Shown: positions 1 to 13,400 of the stretch, one piece after another
How the letters are laid out: each line of letters begins with the position of its first letter
Numbering within the stretch: position 1 is the first letter of the stretch
Assembly (NCBI GenBank): GCA_030390025.1
Contig: CM059432.1
Coordinates: 117,740,001 to 117,804,000 of the forward strand
DNA from: Squalus acanthias
Lineage: Eukaryota
Length of the DNA stretch: 64,000 nucleotides
Reading direction: 5' to 3'
Program-made: the position numbers and the translations under genes
Notes under the pieces: model-generated
The model's input: the letters and a program-made list of their open reading frames with translations, nothing else
What the model was told of the DNA's origin: nothing
The model's database searches: none

Positions 1-67
1 TTTCGTGTCGTCAGCAAACTTGGAATTATTACATTTGGTTCCCTCATCCAAATCATTGATATATATT

Positions 68-828
68 GGCCCAAAAATTCGTCCGTTCCCGGGTGAGTAC
101 ACAGTCCGTACTCACCCGTATTCATTCCCGAAGTGCCGGTTTCCTGCCTGCACTGTGCATGCGCGGGAAACCGGCACTTCCGGTATGGTGAAGGGGGCGG
201 TTCCTAGGTGAACCGCGTGCACGCTAGAGGCTGCGCGCACGCAGCACACTTAGGTTTTTTTTCAGGTTTCACGCGAGGGTAAGTATTGAAGATTCTATGC
301 TAGTAAAAAGGAGGCGTAAGGCCCCTTTTGAACAAGGTAAGTAGTTAATTAAGTATAATTTTAAATTTTTTCAACAGTTTTATCTTTTTTAGATACTTTA
401 AAGAAAGGTAAGTTTATTTTTATAACTTTTAAAAAGTATTTTAATTTTTTCAAAAATTTAAATTTTTGTTCAAAGTGGTTAATTTATTTAACTATAGTTA
501 TTTTATAAATGTGATGGTTTTTTTAAATTTATTTGAAGTTTAGCTGTTGTTTTGGGGCCGATTTCAATTCACAGATTTGACAGGTCTCCTGTCAAATCTA
601 TGAATGAAAGATGGTCTGCTGCCATTAGCTCTCCATGGCCCACGTGATCCCAGGGGTCGCATCGCACTAACTGCGCCCCTGGAACACGCAAGCACTGCGC
701 GCCGGCTCTTGGGAGAGGCCCAGGCACCCGAAGTTCCTGTGGGCCCAAAACACAACGGCAGGCGCGGTGGGTAAGAGCGCGCGCGATCCTTACCCCCGCG
801 GCAAGCCGGCCACGCGAATTTCTAGGCC
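68..828. mobile_element. Non-autonomous PIF/Harbinger-type MITE (761 bp) inserted in a CR1 RT region
   Basis: TIRs GGCCCAAAAATTCG (68) / CGAATTTCTAGGCC (828); 3-bp TSD ATT (65-67, 829-831); removing it restores CR1 sequence ATATATATTGTGAATAGC; AT-rich centre, GC-rich ends. Confidence 0.85.
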
Positions 829-3226
829 ATTGTGAATAGCTGGGGACCAAGCACTGATCCCTGTGGTACCCCACTAGTCACCGCCTGCCACCCCAAAAAT
901 GACCCATTTATTCCTACTCTCTGTTTCCAGTCTGTTAACCAATTTTCCATGCCAGTACGTTACCCCCAATCCCATGTGCTTTAATTTTGCACACTATCCT
1001 CTTATGTGGGACTTTATCAAAGGCCTTCTGAAAATCCAAATACACCACATCCACTGGTTCTCCCTTATCTATTCTACCAGTTACATCTTCAAAAAACTCC
1101 AGTAGGTTTGTCAAACACGATTTCCCTTTCATAAATCCATGTTGACTTTGTCTAATCCCATTGATATTTTCTAAGTGTCCTGTTATCACATCCTTTATAA
1201 TAGATTCTAGCATTTTCCCTACTATTGATGTTAGGCTAACCGATCTTTGGTTCCCTGTTATCTCTCTCCCTCCTTTTCCAAATAGTGGGGTTACATTTGC
1301 CACCCTCCAATCTGCAGGAACTGTTCCATAATCTATAGAATTTCGGAAGATGACAACCAATGCATCCATTATTTCCATGGCTACCTCTTTTAGTACTCTG
1401 GGATGCAGATTATCAGGCCCTGGGGATTTATCGGCTTTCAGTCCCATTAATGTCTCCAGCACTATTGTTTTACTAATACTAATTTCCTTTAATTCCTCCT
1501 TCTCACTAAACCCTTGGTTCCCTAGCATTTCTGGGAAGTTATTTGTGTCCTCTTCCGTGAAGACAGAACCAAAGTATTTGCTTAATTGCTCTTGCATTTC
1601 CTTGTTCCCCATTATAAATTCTCCCATTTCTGACTGTAAGGGACCTACATTTGTCTTCACTAATCTTTTTCTTTTTACATACTTGTCGAAGCTTTTACAA
1701 TCCGCTTTTATGTTCCTTGCAAGTTTACTCTCATACTCTATTTTTCCCCTCTTAATCAATCTTTTGGTCCTTTTTTGCTGAACTCTAAACTGCTCCCAAT
1801 CCTCAGGCTTGCTACTTTTTCTGGCAACTTTATATGACTCCTCTTTGGATCTAATACTATCCTTAATTTTTTTTGTTAGTCATGGTTGGGCTGCTTTTCC
1901 TTTTGAGTTTTTGCGTCAGAAAGGAATGTATAACTGTTGCAATTCATGCATTCGTTCCTTAAATGTTAGCAATTGCCTATCCATCGTTAAGCCTTTTAAT
2001 GAAGCTCCCCAATCTATCATAGCCAACTCACTCCTCATACCGTCGTAGTTTCCTTTGTTTAGATTTAGGACCCTAGTTTCGGATTGAACTTCTTCACTTT
2101 CCATCTTAATGAAGAATTATCATGTTATGGTCACTCTTCCCTAAGGACCCCGCACAACAAGATTATTAATTAGCCCCTTCTCATTGCACAGTACCCAATC
2201 TAGGATAGCCTGTTCCCTAGTTGGCTCCTCAACGTACTGGTCTAAAAAACCATCTCATACACACTCCAGGAATTCATCCTCCACAGTATTATTGCTAATT
2301 TGGTTTGGCCAGTCTATATGTAGATTAAAGTCACCCATGATTACTGTAGTACCCTTGTTACATGCATCTCTAATTTCCTGTTTGATGCCATTCCCTACAT
2401 TACCACTACTGTTTGGAGGCCTATAGACAACTCCCACCAATGTTTTCTGCCCCTTGGCGTTTCCTAGCTCCACCCAGACTGATTCTACATCTTTTCTGAG
2501 CCAATATCCTTTCTCACTATTGCTCTGATTTCAGCCTTTACTAACAACGCCACCCCACCTCCTTTTCCTTTCTGCCTGTCCTTCCTAAATATCGAATATC
2601 CTTGGATATTCAGCTCCCAGCCTTGGTCACCCTGCAGCCATGTCTCCTTAATCGCAATTATATCGTATCCATTTTCATCTATTTGCGCTGTTAATTCGTC
2701 TACCTTATTACTAATGCTTCGTGCATTCAGATATAGTGCCTTTAGATTTGTCTTTTTAACCTTTTTACACATTTTAACATTTTTTTGTACTATGGTCTTA
2801 TTTGTCTTATTACCATTTTTTCTCACCTGGACCCTATCTGTTAGTGCACTCTTTTGTTTGTACACTCTGTCCCTTCCTGACACAATCTGGTTATCCTTAT
2901 CCCAATCACTTTCCTGCACTGCTTCCTTGTCTTTTCTCTTTAGCATTCTAGATTTCTCTCCACTGGGACCCTCCCCCCACCCTTATTTAGTTTAAAGCCC
3001 TATCTACCTCCCTAGTTATTCGATTCGCTAGAACTCTGGTCCCAGCATGGTTCGGGTGTAGTCCGTCCCAACGGAACAGCTCTCTCTTTCCCCAGTACTG
3101 GTACCAGTGCTCCACGAATCGAAACCCACTTCTCCCACAACAATCTTTGAGCCAAGCATTCATCTCCCTGATCCTATTGACCCTAAGCCAATTTGCTTGT
3201 GGTTCCGGTAATAATCCAGAGATTAT

Positions 3227-4107
3227 GGGGGAAAAATTCAGTTGGTTTGCGCCTCCCATTAGCGCCTTAAGAGGGCGCTAATGGGGCGCAAAGCAACTAG
3301 CGCTCATGCGTGGCGATGTTTGCGCCGCTCACAAAATTAACTAGACATTTTGCGGTGGCGCTAAACACTACCGCCACGATCTCCTGCGCCGGCAGATAGT
3401 GACGTCAGTTGAGTGCGCAAAGTCCTGGTAGCGCCCTGGACCGGATATTGAGTGGCGCCCCCTGACTTACCGCCTGCCGCTAGCAATGACAGGTTGAGGG
3501 GAGCGTTTTGCAGTCAGGAAGGGACTGGGGGAGCGCTATTTAAAGGTGACCGCTTCTTGCCTTTTTTTGTTGGTGACATTTTTGCACCACACATTCTGAG
3601 AGAGAGAGAGACTTCTGGAGAGATTCAACGCTGTGTGAAGGAGTTTTGGGTACTGAGCAGCACTTTGCAGGTTCATTTTGATTTGCCCTTCTTGTATCGA
3701 TTTAGAAGAGATTGTGGGGGCTGCACTCTGAGCTCTTTCCCTGGGCCTCTCCATTGTTCTTTCCAGCAGATTTGATGCACAGGTCTCTCCAGGCCGAGAT
3801 TCAAGGCTGCAATGAGCAGGATGTGGATGGAGAGCAAGATCAAGCCTCCCCTTTAAGAACTGGCCGGCGCCATTGTGTCTGTGTTCCATTGCTGACTGAC
3901 ATCACATGAGCTTCGCCAGCGCTCTGAGGTAGCGCCTCACTCCTCGGCCTTAAGACAGGTGTGAAGCGCCTGATTTAGCGCTCCAATCACCTCCAGGGGC
4001 GATAAAAGCCAAGTTTGCAGTCAGAGGAGATAATTAGCGCCAGGCGCTAATCTTTGCGCCCAGCCGATAATTGCGCCCCAAATGGGGCGATACTGAATTT
4101 CTCCCCC
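3227..4107. mobile_element. Non-autonomous Harbinger internal-deletion derivative (881 bp) inserted in CR1 ORF1
   Basis: TIRs GGGGGAAAAATTCAGT / ACTGAATTTCTCCCCC; TSD TAT (3224-3226, 4108-4110); ends resemble the autonomous element at 23942-28464; keeps the Myb start MERPRERAQ on minus strand and many GGCGCTAA motifs. Confidence 0.9.
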
Positions 4108-5729
4108 TATGACCTTTGTGGTTCTGCTTTTTAATTTAGACCCTAGCTGCTCAAACACTCTCAGCAGAACCTCTTTCTTTGTCCTACCTATGTCATTGGT
4201 ACCTACGTGGACCACGACAACTGGATCCTCCCCCTCCCACTCCAAGTTCTTCGCCAGCCCAGAGGAGATGTCCTTTACCCTGGCACCGGGTAGGCAACAT
4301 AACCTTCGGGACTCATGCTCCTAACTATACTGTCGCCTACTGCAACCACCTTCCTTTTTACTCCCCCCACTTGAATGGCTTCTTGTACCACGGTGCTATG
4401 GTCCATTTGCTCATCCTCCCCGCAGTCCCCGCACTTGTCCACAACGGTTGCAAGAACCACGAATCTATTGGACAATTGCAGGGACTGAGGCTCCTGCAAT
4501 ACTACCTCCTGGATCCCCGTACCTGCCTCACTCGCAGTCACACCCTCCTGTCCCTGACCACGTGTCAATTCTAAAGTATTTAATCTAAGGGGTGTAGCTG
4601 CCTCCTGGAGCAAAAGGTCCAGGTAGCTTTCTTCCTCCCTGATATCTCGCAATGTCTGCAGCTCAGACTCCAGCTCCTCAACTCGGAGCCGAAGTTCCTC
4701 GAGTCGCAGACACTTACCGCAAATGTAGTCACCCTGGACAAAAATGTCCACAAGCTCCCACATATTGCAGCAGAACACATCTCCTGTTCTCCCATTATTT
4801 TATTTATTTAATTAATTCATTTAGTGTTAATCAAATGATTTACCTCGTTTAGTTTATTAAGTTAATTAAATTAAATTTAGTTTTTAAAATTTAGTTATAT
4901 GTTAACTTAAAACTTAGCCCACAGTCACTACCAATCACTTACCTGCCTTAGCTGTGACATCACACTGCCATTTTCTCTTGTTGATGCAGGTCTGCTGCTG
5001 CTTTTATCCCCGCTCTCGGGTCTCGGTCTGCTCCCGCTCAGGTCCGCCGCTGCTCTGCGGGAGAATTTAGGAAAAGCAAGCACCTCCTTCCCTCACTTCA
5101 CCGAACTCCCACACTTACCAAACTCCCAGTTGTTCACTCTGTGTTCGCTGCACCACATGCTGATTCAGAAAATTCATACTCCTGAGCATAGTATCACTTC
5201 TTTTGTTCTTGTAAGACACTTTGGGATTTACATTCTGGGAGGAAACAACCTGTTTGTCATTCAGACCTAGTCCTTGTTGTGCCTATGCAACTGATGCATG
5301 GAACTGGATTGAAATAGGAAGCCTCTGGATCATTGTAATGGATTGCACTTTAGACGTTCATGTCCTGAATTTCTGTGACCATCTGTTTTCCCAGTGGCAC
5401 TTAGGCAGTAAGCCAGTAATGTTTCCTGCTGTTGTACAGGTGGAAGTGCTCAACTGAGAGAATGGGCGGTTTGACAAAATTCCTGTCCCGTTCTTTAAGA
5501 GATCTTGATATGAACAGTGATAAGCCCAAATAGATATATCCATCAATCTCTGAACTGGCAGCATTTTTCTTTAATAAGCCTTCCTTTCCTTAAGGATATG
5601 TGTGTAATCTTCTCCTCAGGCAGGCTGTGCTCCATTGGTGTGCTTACACAGCATTCAGGGGTAGAAAAATTCCTTTGTTCATTTGGCTCTTCTCTTCAGC
5701 ACTGGGAGAATATCCCTCCATCCTCTTTA

Positions 5730-7760
5730 AACAACAACATGCATTTATATAGCGCCTTTAACATTATAAAATGTCCCAAGGTGCTTCACAAGAGTGTTAT
5801 AAAACAAAATTTGACATCGAACCACATAAGGAGATGTTAAGACAGACTTGGTCAAAGAGGTAGTTTTTAAGAAGCGTCATAAAGGAGGAAAGAGAGGTAG
5901 AGAGGCGGAGAGGTTTAGGGAGGGAATTCCAGAGCTTGGGACTTAGGCAGCTGAAGGCATCAGGGATGCTCAAGGGGCCAGAATTGGCGCAGTGCAGAGA
6001 TGTTGGGGGATTGGAGGAGATTACAGAGATGGGGGGCTGGAGGAGATTACAGAGATGGGGGGCTGGAGGAGATTACAGAGATGGGGGGCTGGAGGAGATT
6101 ACAGAGATGGGGGGCTGGAGGAGATTACAGAGATGGGGGGCTGGAGGAGATTACAGAGATGGGGGGCTGGAGGAGATTACAGAGATGGGGGGCTGGAGGA
6201 GATTACAGAGATGGGGGGCTGGAGGAGATTACAGAGATGGAGGGCTGGAGGAGATTACAGAGATGGAGGGCTGGAGGAGATTACAGAGATGGGTGGGCGG
6301 GGGGGAGGGCGAGGCCATGGGTGGATTTGAAACAAGGATGAGAATTTTAAAATCAAGGTATTGCTTAATTGGGAGCCAATGTAGGTCGAGCACAGGGGTG
6401 ATGGGTGAATGGAACCTAGTGCGAGTTAGGACACAGGCAGCAGAATTTTGGATGACCTCAAGTTTATGGAGGGTAGAACTAGGGAGACCGGCCAGGAGTG
6501 CGTTGAAATAGTAAAGTCTAGAGGTAACAAATGCATGGGTGAGGGTTTCAGCAGCGGATGAGCTGATGCAAGGGCGGAAACGGGTGATGTTACGGAGGTG
6601 GAAATCGGCAGCCTTAGTGATGGTGTGGATATGAGTTAGGAAGCTCATCTCGAGGTCTTCCCAATATTTAGTTGGAGGAAATTTCTGCTCAGCCTGTACT
6701 GGATATCGGACAAGCAGTCTGAAAGTTTAGATCTTGGAGGGGTCGCGAGAGGTGGAGGTAGAGCTGGGTATCGTCAGCGTACATGTGGAAACTGATGTTG
6801 TGTTTTTGGATGATGTCGCCAAGGGGCAGATTGTAGATGAGAAATAGGATGGGGCCAAGGATAAATCCTTGGGGGGCTCCAGAGGTTACGATGCAGGAGT
6901 GGGAAGAGAAGCCATTGCAGGTGATTCTCTGGCTACGATTAGATAGATAAAAATGGAACCAGGCGAGTGCAAGTCCCACCCAGCTGGACGATGGAGGAGA
7001 GGCATTGGAGGAGGATGTAGTGGTCAACCGTGTCGAAGACTGCAGACAGGTCGAGAAGGACAAGGAGGGATAGCTTACTACGGTCGCATTCACAAAGAAT
7101 GTCATTTGTGACTTTGACAAGAGCCGTCTCGGTACTGTGGCAGTGGCGGAAACCTGATTGGGGGGATTCAAACAAGGAGTTCAGGGAAAGATGGGCATGG
7201 ATTTGGGAGGTGACAACTCGTTCAAGGACTTTGGAGAGGAAAGGGAGGATGGAGATGGGGCAGTAGTTTGCAAGGTCAGAGGGGTCAAGGATTGATTTTT
7301 TGAGGAGAGGGATGATGATGGCAGATTTGAGGGAGAGGGGGACAGTACCTGAGGAGAGAGAAGCGTTAACAATGTCAGCTAACATGGGAGCCAGGAAGGG
7401 AAGTTGGGTGGTCAGCAGTTTAATAGGAATAGGGTCGAGAGAGCAGGAGGTGGGTCTCATCGACAAGATGAGCTTTGAGGGGGCATGAGGGGAGATAGGA
7501 GAGAAACTAGAGAAATATGCAAATTCAGGGTGAGGGCAGGGGGGAGCCTTGGAGGAAGTTAGGCCCAATGGGCTAGGGGAAGGGAGGGAAGTAGCAGAGG
7601 CAGCTGAATGGATGTTCTTGATCTTTGTAACAAAGAAGTCCATGAGCGCTTCGCATTTATTGTTGGAGGTGAGGGAGGAGGAGGCAGAAGAAGGTGGTTT
7701 AAGAAGATGGTTTGTGGTGGAGAAGAGGAGCCGGGTGTTATTTTTGCAAATCTATACCAT
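5730..7760 (-). mobile_element. L2 LINE 3' portion (RT pseudogene)
   Basis: LLDLSAVFDTVDH, YADDTQLY, HAFVTSRL, LHWLP motifs in broken ORFs 6229-7643; (CAA)n/TTTATATAGCGCC L2 tail at ~5730. Confidence 0.9.
6005..6292. repeat. 26-bp minisatellite, ~11 copies, inside the L2
   Basis: Unit GGGGGGCTGGAGGAGATTACAGAGAT; TTACAG recurs every 26 bp from 6021 to 6281. Confidence 0.95.
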
Positions 7761-8721
7761 TTAGAACCCCAATTTTTCAATCAGTCTCTGGTGCCTGTGG
7801 ATGGATCCCCCAGCAATCACTAATGATAAATCTAAAAGTCACAGTAATGAAACTTCGTTTTTCCAACTGTTGAACTGCAAATCAGAATCATTATAGTGAA
7901 ACAACATTGATAGTTTCCTAAATAAGATTAAATTAATTATAAATTAATTTCAAGATCAGAAGCTGAAGGATTGAAAAATAATTAATTCTCTAGCTGTCAC
8001 TGCCGGTCGATCAAAAGCCGCAGTGAGAAGTCGCCGTTCGAAACACCCTTGTTCCAACTGCTGGTAAATTAGGCTCTGAGGGTGATTTGTTAGAGATTTG
8101 ATTCTCATGCGATTCGTGGAATCGTGAATTTTTGATCTCAGCCCAGATTTCTGAAGACAATTTGATTCGATATAATTTGATTTGGGATGCCGAGTCCGAT
8201 TCCCTCTGGATACGAATTGATATTATTAAGCCGTTGAAATCTAAGGTAAGATGGGGTCTCCCCCAATTACTATAGCTAATAATTTTTATCCTTTCCCCAT
8301 ATCTTTACATCAGATACATTCTGATACATTATGATAGATTTTTATTTTCAATCGGTTAATTGATATAACTCTCTTGGGAGCCGGGATGAGTAATTTCATT
8401 ATTAATTTCCTCAGGCATTTAAACCCATTTTACATCAGCAAAATGCTTGAATACATCTGGTGAAAGATAAAATTATTTAAAGTAGAATTTACAAAAGCAG
8501 CAAAACAAGTTACTAGCTGTGATGAATGCAACTATTTACCACTGTTAGCGAGGTTGTGCTTCCTGCCACCCTGAAGAGCTAATCCCTGGTTCTCTACAGA
8601 ATCATTCCAGAGTAGCAGAATGTAACACATTCCAGATGCCTATGGCTAACTTGAACAATTTAAAAAAATCAAAATTTCAGGTCAGGTCATAGAAAAGGAG
8701 ATTGAGTTGTTTTCTAAGCTT

Positions 8722-8992
8722 GTCAGCTTGGCTCAGTTGGTGGCACTCTTGCCTCTGAATCAGAAGGCTATGGGTTCAAGCTCCCCACCAGGACCTGAGT
8801 GCTTAATTTAGTTTAACACCATTTCTCCCAGCCAACATTTATCTCTCAAACAACACTACAACAAAACAACAGATTGACTGGTCAATTATTTAATTTGCTG
8901 TTTGTGGGATCTTGCTGTGTGCAAATTGGCTGCCACATGTCTTGACAAAACAACAGTGACTTGTTCCTTAAGAGTAATTTCTTGGTTGTGAA
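8722..8992 (+). mobile_element. tRNA-derived DeuSINE (SacSINE1/SINE3-like), 5' part; its tail resumes at ~11567-11625
   Basis: Pol III A/B-box-like head GGCTCAGTTGG..GGTTCAAG; Deu-domain GCTGTTTGTGGGATCTTGCTGTGTGCAAATTGGCTG; L2-type tail after the nested insertions. Confidence 0.75.
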
Positions 8993-11570
8993 CAACAACT
9001 TGTATTTATATAGCGCCTTTAACGTAGTAAAACGTCCCAAAGCGTTTCACAAGAGTATTTTAAGACAAGAAATTTGACACCGAGCCACATAAGGAGAAAT
9101 TAGGGCAGGTGACCAAAAGCTTGGTCAAAGAGGTAGGTTTTAAGGAGCGTCTTAAAGGAGGAGAGAGAGCTAGAGAGGAGGAAAGGTTCAGGGAGGGAAT
9201 TCCATATCTGAGGGCCTAGACAAGAGATGGCACGGCCACCAATGGTTGAGCGAATATAATCAATGATGCTCAACAGGGCAGAATTAGAGGAGCGCAGATA
9301 TCTTGGGGGGTTGTGGGGCTGGAGGAGATTACTGAAATAGGGAGGGGCGAGGCCATGGAGGGATTTGAATACAAGGAGGGGGGATTTTTCAGGGGGGTCA
9401 GCAGGTGCGTTTGGTGGCAGGTCGGGTGGGAATTTTTTTTTTTGACAGCTGGTAGGGAACCTGCTGTCAACCCACCACCACACAAGTCTCCCAGATGTCG
9501 GGTCTGTCATCGTTGAACAAACCCGACACCAAGCGGCGGGGCTGGCAATTTAGATCATTAAGAGATTGTTAAGAGGCAATTAAATAGTATTTTCAGCTCA
9601 CCTTTAGATTTTTAGAGTTCGCCAACTGCTTCCCCACTGCTCGGGGATCACGTCAGGTAAGGAGGTCGGGTGTTGTGTCAGCATGGGATGATTTCTAAAC
9701 TTGAGAGCTGCAAATGGTCTATAAAAGCTCCCATTTCATAGCTGTTCACTTTCCAAGGTCAGAAGTTGTTGCTTACTGCATTTGGAAGAAAGATTGAGCT
9801 TTATGCAGCTTGCAAGTGTTTGGAGCAAATTCTCTATCCAGTGTCACCTCATTGGAACAACCTCTCTCACCACTGAAAGATCGCTACTGTCATCTGAACT
9901 TCACCTGCTATCTATTCCATCAGCTTTAGTGCCCTTGCAAAAATCTTACCTTGGTCCTCAGAATCCCACCACTATCAGCCCCAACACCAGCAGCACCAGG
10001 CACACCAGCATCACCAACAACAACACCAACCTTCCCCACAATCACCTGATGCTGCACAGGACAGAGGGCATCAGCACCCGACCACATTGCTGCCCGGGAC
10101 GCCAGGGATAGCCTCACCATGGCCAGATTTACTTCACTTAACGCTGTACACCCTGGCTGCCACATGATGCGCAGGTTAGCACCACCCCACACTAACACCA
10201 TAAAGCATTCCTACAATGCCCAAGTCATTCCTTTCACACTCACCACCATTGCGGGGGGTACCGTTATGTCTCACCATTCACTGCAACTCACTGAGCCCCT
10301 TCCAAATGTGCCCACAAATTTGTCCAAGAACGCAAAGTGTTGAAAATAAAGATTTCAATGTTTGACAGCACATTAACAGAAACTTCACATGAACATTGGC
10401 TAATACACCCAAGTGCCTACCATTGTGTGTTGTTACTTGGTATGATTGGACTAGGATGAGGGTGAGTGTGAGGGGTGGCTTGTGAGATGGAGAAGTGATA
10501 TTGTAGATAGAGAGGGATGAGTGGAGGTGTAAGGTAAGTTGGTATGAGTAAGGATGTGCAGGAGTAGGGTAGGGAAGGCAGAGTGATGGGGATATGATGA
10601 GTGGCACAGGAGGATGAGGTTGAGTTTGGCTTTGCAGTAACGTTTCGTGATCTACTGAGATAATTGAAAAGTTTGCGCCACTGCAGCCTGGTCCTCCTGA
10701 TGACAGCCCTGTGTAACCAGGCTGCGTTGACCTCCTGGGGAGGTCTCTTCTGCCAATGGGAAGGGAAGAGGACCTCCCTGCGTGCGGTGACTCCCTCCAT
10801 AAGCATATGGAGGGAGTCATGGGAGAGTCTGGGTGCAGCCGTGCACCTCTGTGCAGTGCTTGTCAGTGTTTGCAGCACCTCAATGCTATAGAACACGACA
10901 GCACAACTGTCAAAATCAATTTGCGCATGGTCCCATTAAGGAAACCGGCTTATGATGTGTCATCAAGTGACGTCATCAGACCCGCTTCCTTCAAATGGCT
11001 GGCAAGCACGCTGGGTGGGTTTAACAAGCCCAATCAGGGGAAATTCATTTCACAGAGCTGAATGGAGCCAGCAGCGAGGGCGCACCCCGCCACTGACCCC
11101 GGCCGCACCAGACCTACCTCGGTAGGCGAAATCGCGGCCAAGGATGAGAATTTGGAAATCGAGGTGTGGCTTAACCGGGAGCCAATGTAGGTCAGCAAAC
11201 ACAGGGGTGATGGGTGAACGGGACTTGGTGCGAGTTAGGACACGGGCAGCCGAGTTTTGGATCACCTCATGTTTGTGCAGGGTAGAATGTGGGAGGCCGG
11301 CCAGGACTGCGTTGGAATAGTCAAGTCTAGAGGTAACAAAGGCATGGATGAGGGTTTCAGCAGCAGATGAGCTGAGGCAGGGGCAGAGTCGGGCGATGTT
11401 ATGAAGGTGGAAATAGGCGGTCTTAGTTATGCCACGGATATGTGGTCGGAAGTTCATTTCCGGGTCAAATATGACACCAAGGTTGTGAACAGTGTGGTTC
11501 AGCCTCAGACAGATGTTGGGGAGAGGGATGGAGTCGGTGGCTAGGGAACGGAGTTCGTGGCGGGACTCTG
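8991..11570 (-). mobile_element. L2 LINE 3' fragment, split by a Harbinger derivative (9376-11139)
   Basis: FKTLLKTYLFDQAF C-terminus (9100-9375) and NLGVIFDPEM..HAFVTSRLDYSN (11140-11570); GGATTTGAATACAAG|GATGAGAATTT is continuous across the insert. Confidence 0.88.
9376..11139. mobile_element. Decayed Harbinger derivative with a Myb/SANT exon-1 remnant (minus, ~10640-10860)
   Basis: 3-bp TSD AAG (9373-9375, 11140-11142); right end GAAATCGCGGCC is TIR-like; AAPRLSHDSLHMLMEGVTARREVLFP..RTRLQWRKLFNYLSRS matches the Myb exon; AARDARDSLTMARF (+, ~10090) resembles the transposase C-terminus. Confidence 0.75.
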
Positions 11571-12812
11571 GGACATCCTGAGGACGTGATACGGCATAAA
11601 TGCAAGATCGTTCTTTCTTCTTTCTTACAGGTTTGCTGTTGCAGGAGATATGGGCCACATCAAAGAGCGATAAGGGTTACATTTCTGCAGGAGTTCTCCC
11701 AACTGTCTGCTGTAACTTCAGAAGAAGATCTGCGGAAATCCGAGAGTGATGCCTAAATGCCATTTCATGGCTTCTTTAGGATTTCTCCAGATCCTCCGCA
11801 GGATTAAGGCCTGGAGGTCGACATCTCGGGTGGAGGGAGAGCAGAGGTCAGGCCCGGGGTTTGGAAGTCGGGGGTTGGGAACCTTGAGGGGAGAGAGATG
11901 CGAGCCAGCGATGGTGCTGGCTGCCTCCAGGCAAACTGATCTTGCAGCAGGAACTTCAAGCAGGTTTTTGGCCTCTTATTTGCATATGGAAAGGAACTGA
12001 CACCTGCTTCAGGCGTGGGTAAATGACGCCTCTTGTATGTCCTTTCCCAATATGACGGGCAGTGCACCTCTGGTCGGAAGTGTGCGCATGCTTCCTATCC
12101 CCCATTTTTGAGACTGATGAGGCCGCTTAGTGCCTGAAAAACGGACGTTGCATGACCCAATTTCTAGGCTGATATGTTTACCCACTGATTAACTGAGCCA
12201 TTCGAACCAAGAAGGCCCCTGGTTCGAGCTCTGGCCTGTGCTGGGTCATGTGATCCCCGCCATAATGATGTTACAATTGGCCGCAGCATCCTAGGTTAGG
12301 GAAAAGAAAATCAAACAAGGTACCCATTCCTAATCAGCATCCAGTCAAACCTGCTGGAAGTCAACATGTGTGGGGATTGGGTGAGGACAGGATGGAACTT
12401 GCTTGCGATTCCTGCAGGTAGAACAGCCAGCCAACTCTGTCCAGCAGGAGTTGGACCATATCCCAGGAAGGAGTCAATGCCTTCAGAAGAGGAGAGGTAA
12501 AGAGAACATTGATAAGGAGAAAAATAAATGGCCCTGATTTTAACTGGGGGGTGGCGGGGGGCGGGCGGGGAGGGAATGGTGTCCATGAACCACAAAGCAG
12601 GAGGTGCACCCGGAAATAATGAAGATGTCGAGGTCTGGTTGATTTTAACGGCCAGGCCTCATTTCAATAAATTCTGTTGGACTCCCAGCCAAACCCGGTC
12701 AGATCCACTACCTGGCCAGTGAGTGGGAGCAGGAATTTGGAAGACAGGAGGCCACAGCCGAGGACCCAGTAAGTGGTGAGGGGGAGTGTGGGAGGCCGGT
12801 GTCAGGAGGTGA

Positions 12813-13160
12813 TTGCCCATTTCCCATCAGGACCCGGCTGCAAGTTTAGTTGGAGGTCTGAGCGGATGAGCATTGACACCTTCACTATCAGGACAAACCT
12901 ACTGGGTGCTGGATCGTGGGGTGGGGGGGCGGGTGGCGTTGTCTAGGGCAAGGGAGGCCCAACATTTCCTTGTGGGGCCTGGAGAAGCACTCCTGATCCT
13001 CCTGGCCCACAAGCAAACTTAAAGATTTTTTTAAAGCATACCTGCCTGGGCCTCTTCTGACCCGTGATCCAGCACCCAGTGGGTTTGTCCTGATAGTGTA
13101 GTTGTCAATGCTCAGGCCTCCAACTAAAATTGCAGTTGGGTCCTGATGGGAAATGGGCAA
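12813..13160. repeat. Inverted repeat, ~100-108-bp arms with a 140-bp spacer, within a probable decayed DNA transposon (~12530-13308)
   Basis: 12813-12920 (TTGCCCATTTCCCATCAGGACCC...GGGTGCTGGATCGTGGG) is the reverse complement of 13061-13160 with few mismatches and one small indel. Confidence 0.85.
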
Positions 13161-13400
13161 GAGGAGAATCACTCTGTTTAGTACTAAATGATACCCTCCC
13201 CACAAGAGAGTGGTGTGAACCTCATGGAGGGAGTTGGCAGAAAGGTTGAATGCTCAGAGAACCTGGATGCAGAGGAGTGAACAGCTCGCCAGCATTTGAA
13301 AATCTGCCATGGCAAACTGGCCTGGCATTGTGTCAGCCATGGTTCAGTGGGTAGCACTCCTACCTCTGAGTCAAGAAGGTTGTGAGGTTCAAGTCCCAAC

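Larger units (their letters stand above)
1..5150 (-). mobile_element. CR1 LINE, near full-length and decayed (ORF1 zinc finger/esterase + ORF2 APE-RT), running off the window start; interrupted by two Harbinger-type insertions
   Basis: RT motifs [13 protein letters not shown] and [15 protein letters not shown] (935-1759); APE motifs YLNARSI, ETWL, GDFN (2255-2946); ORF1 CxxC..CGKCLRLEEL and esterase VHVGTND/DGLH fragments (2987-4778); frameshifts and stops. Confidence 0.93.

Noticed and set aside
5936..6511. Repetitive ORFs in three frames (GGWRRLQRW...)
   Set aside because: By-product of a stop-free 26-bp minisatellite on the antisense strand of an L2
11805..12170. Additional Harbinger MITE (right end AATTTCTAGGCT); similar fragment at ~49196-49560
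   Set aside because: No matching second TIR or TSD could be established
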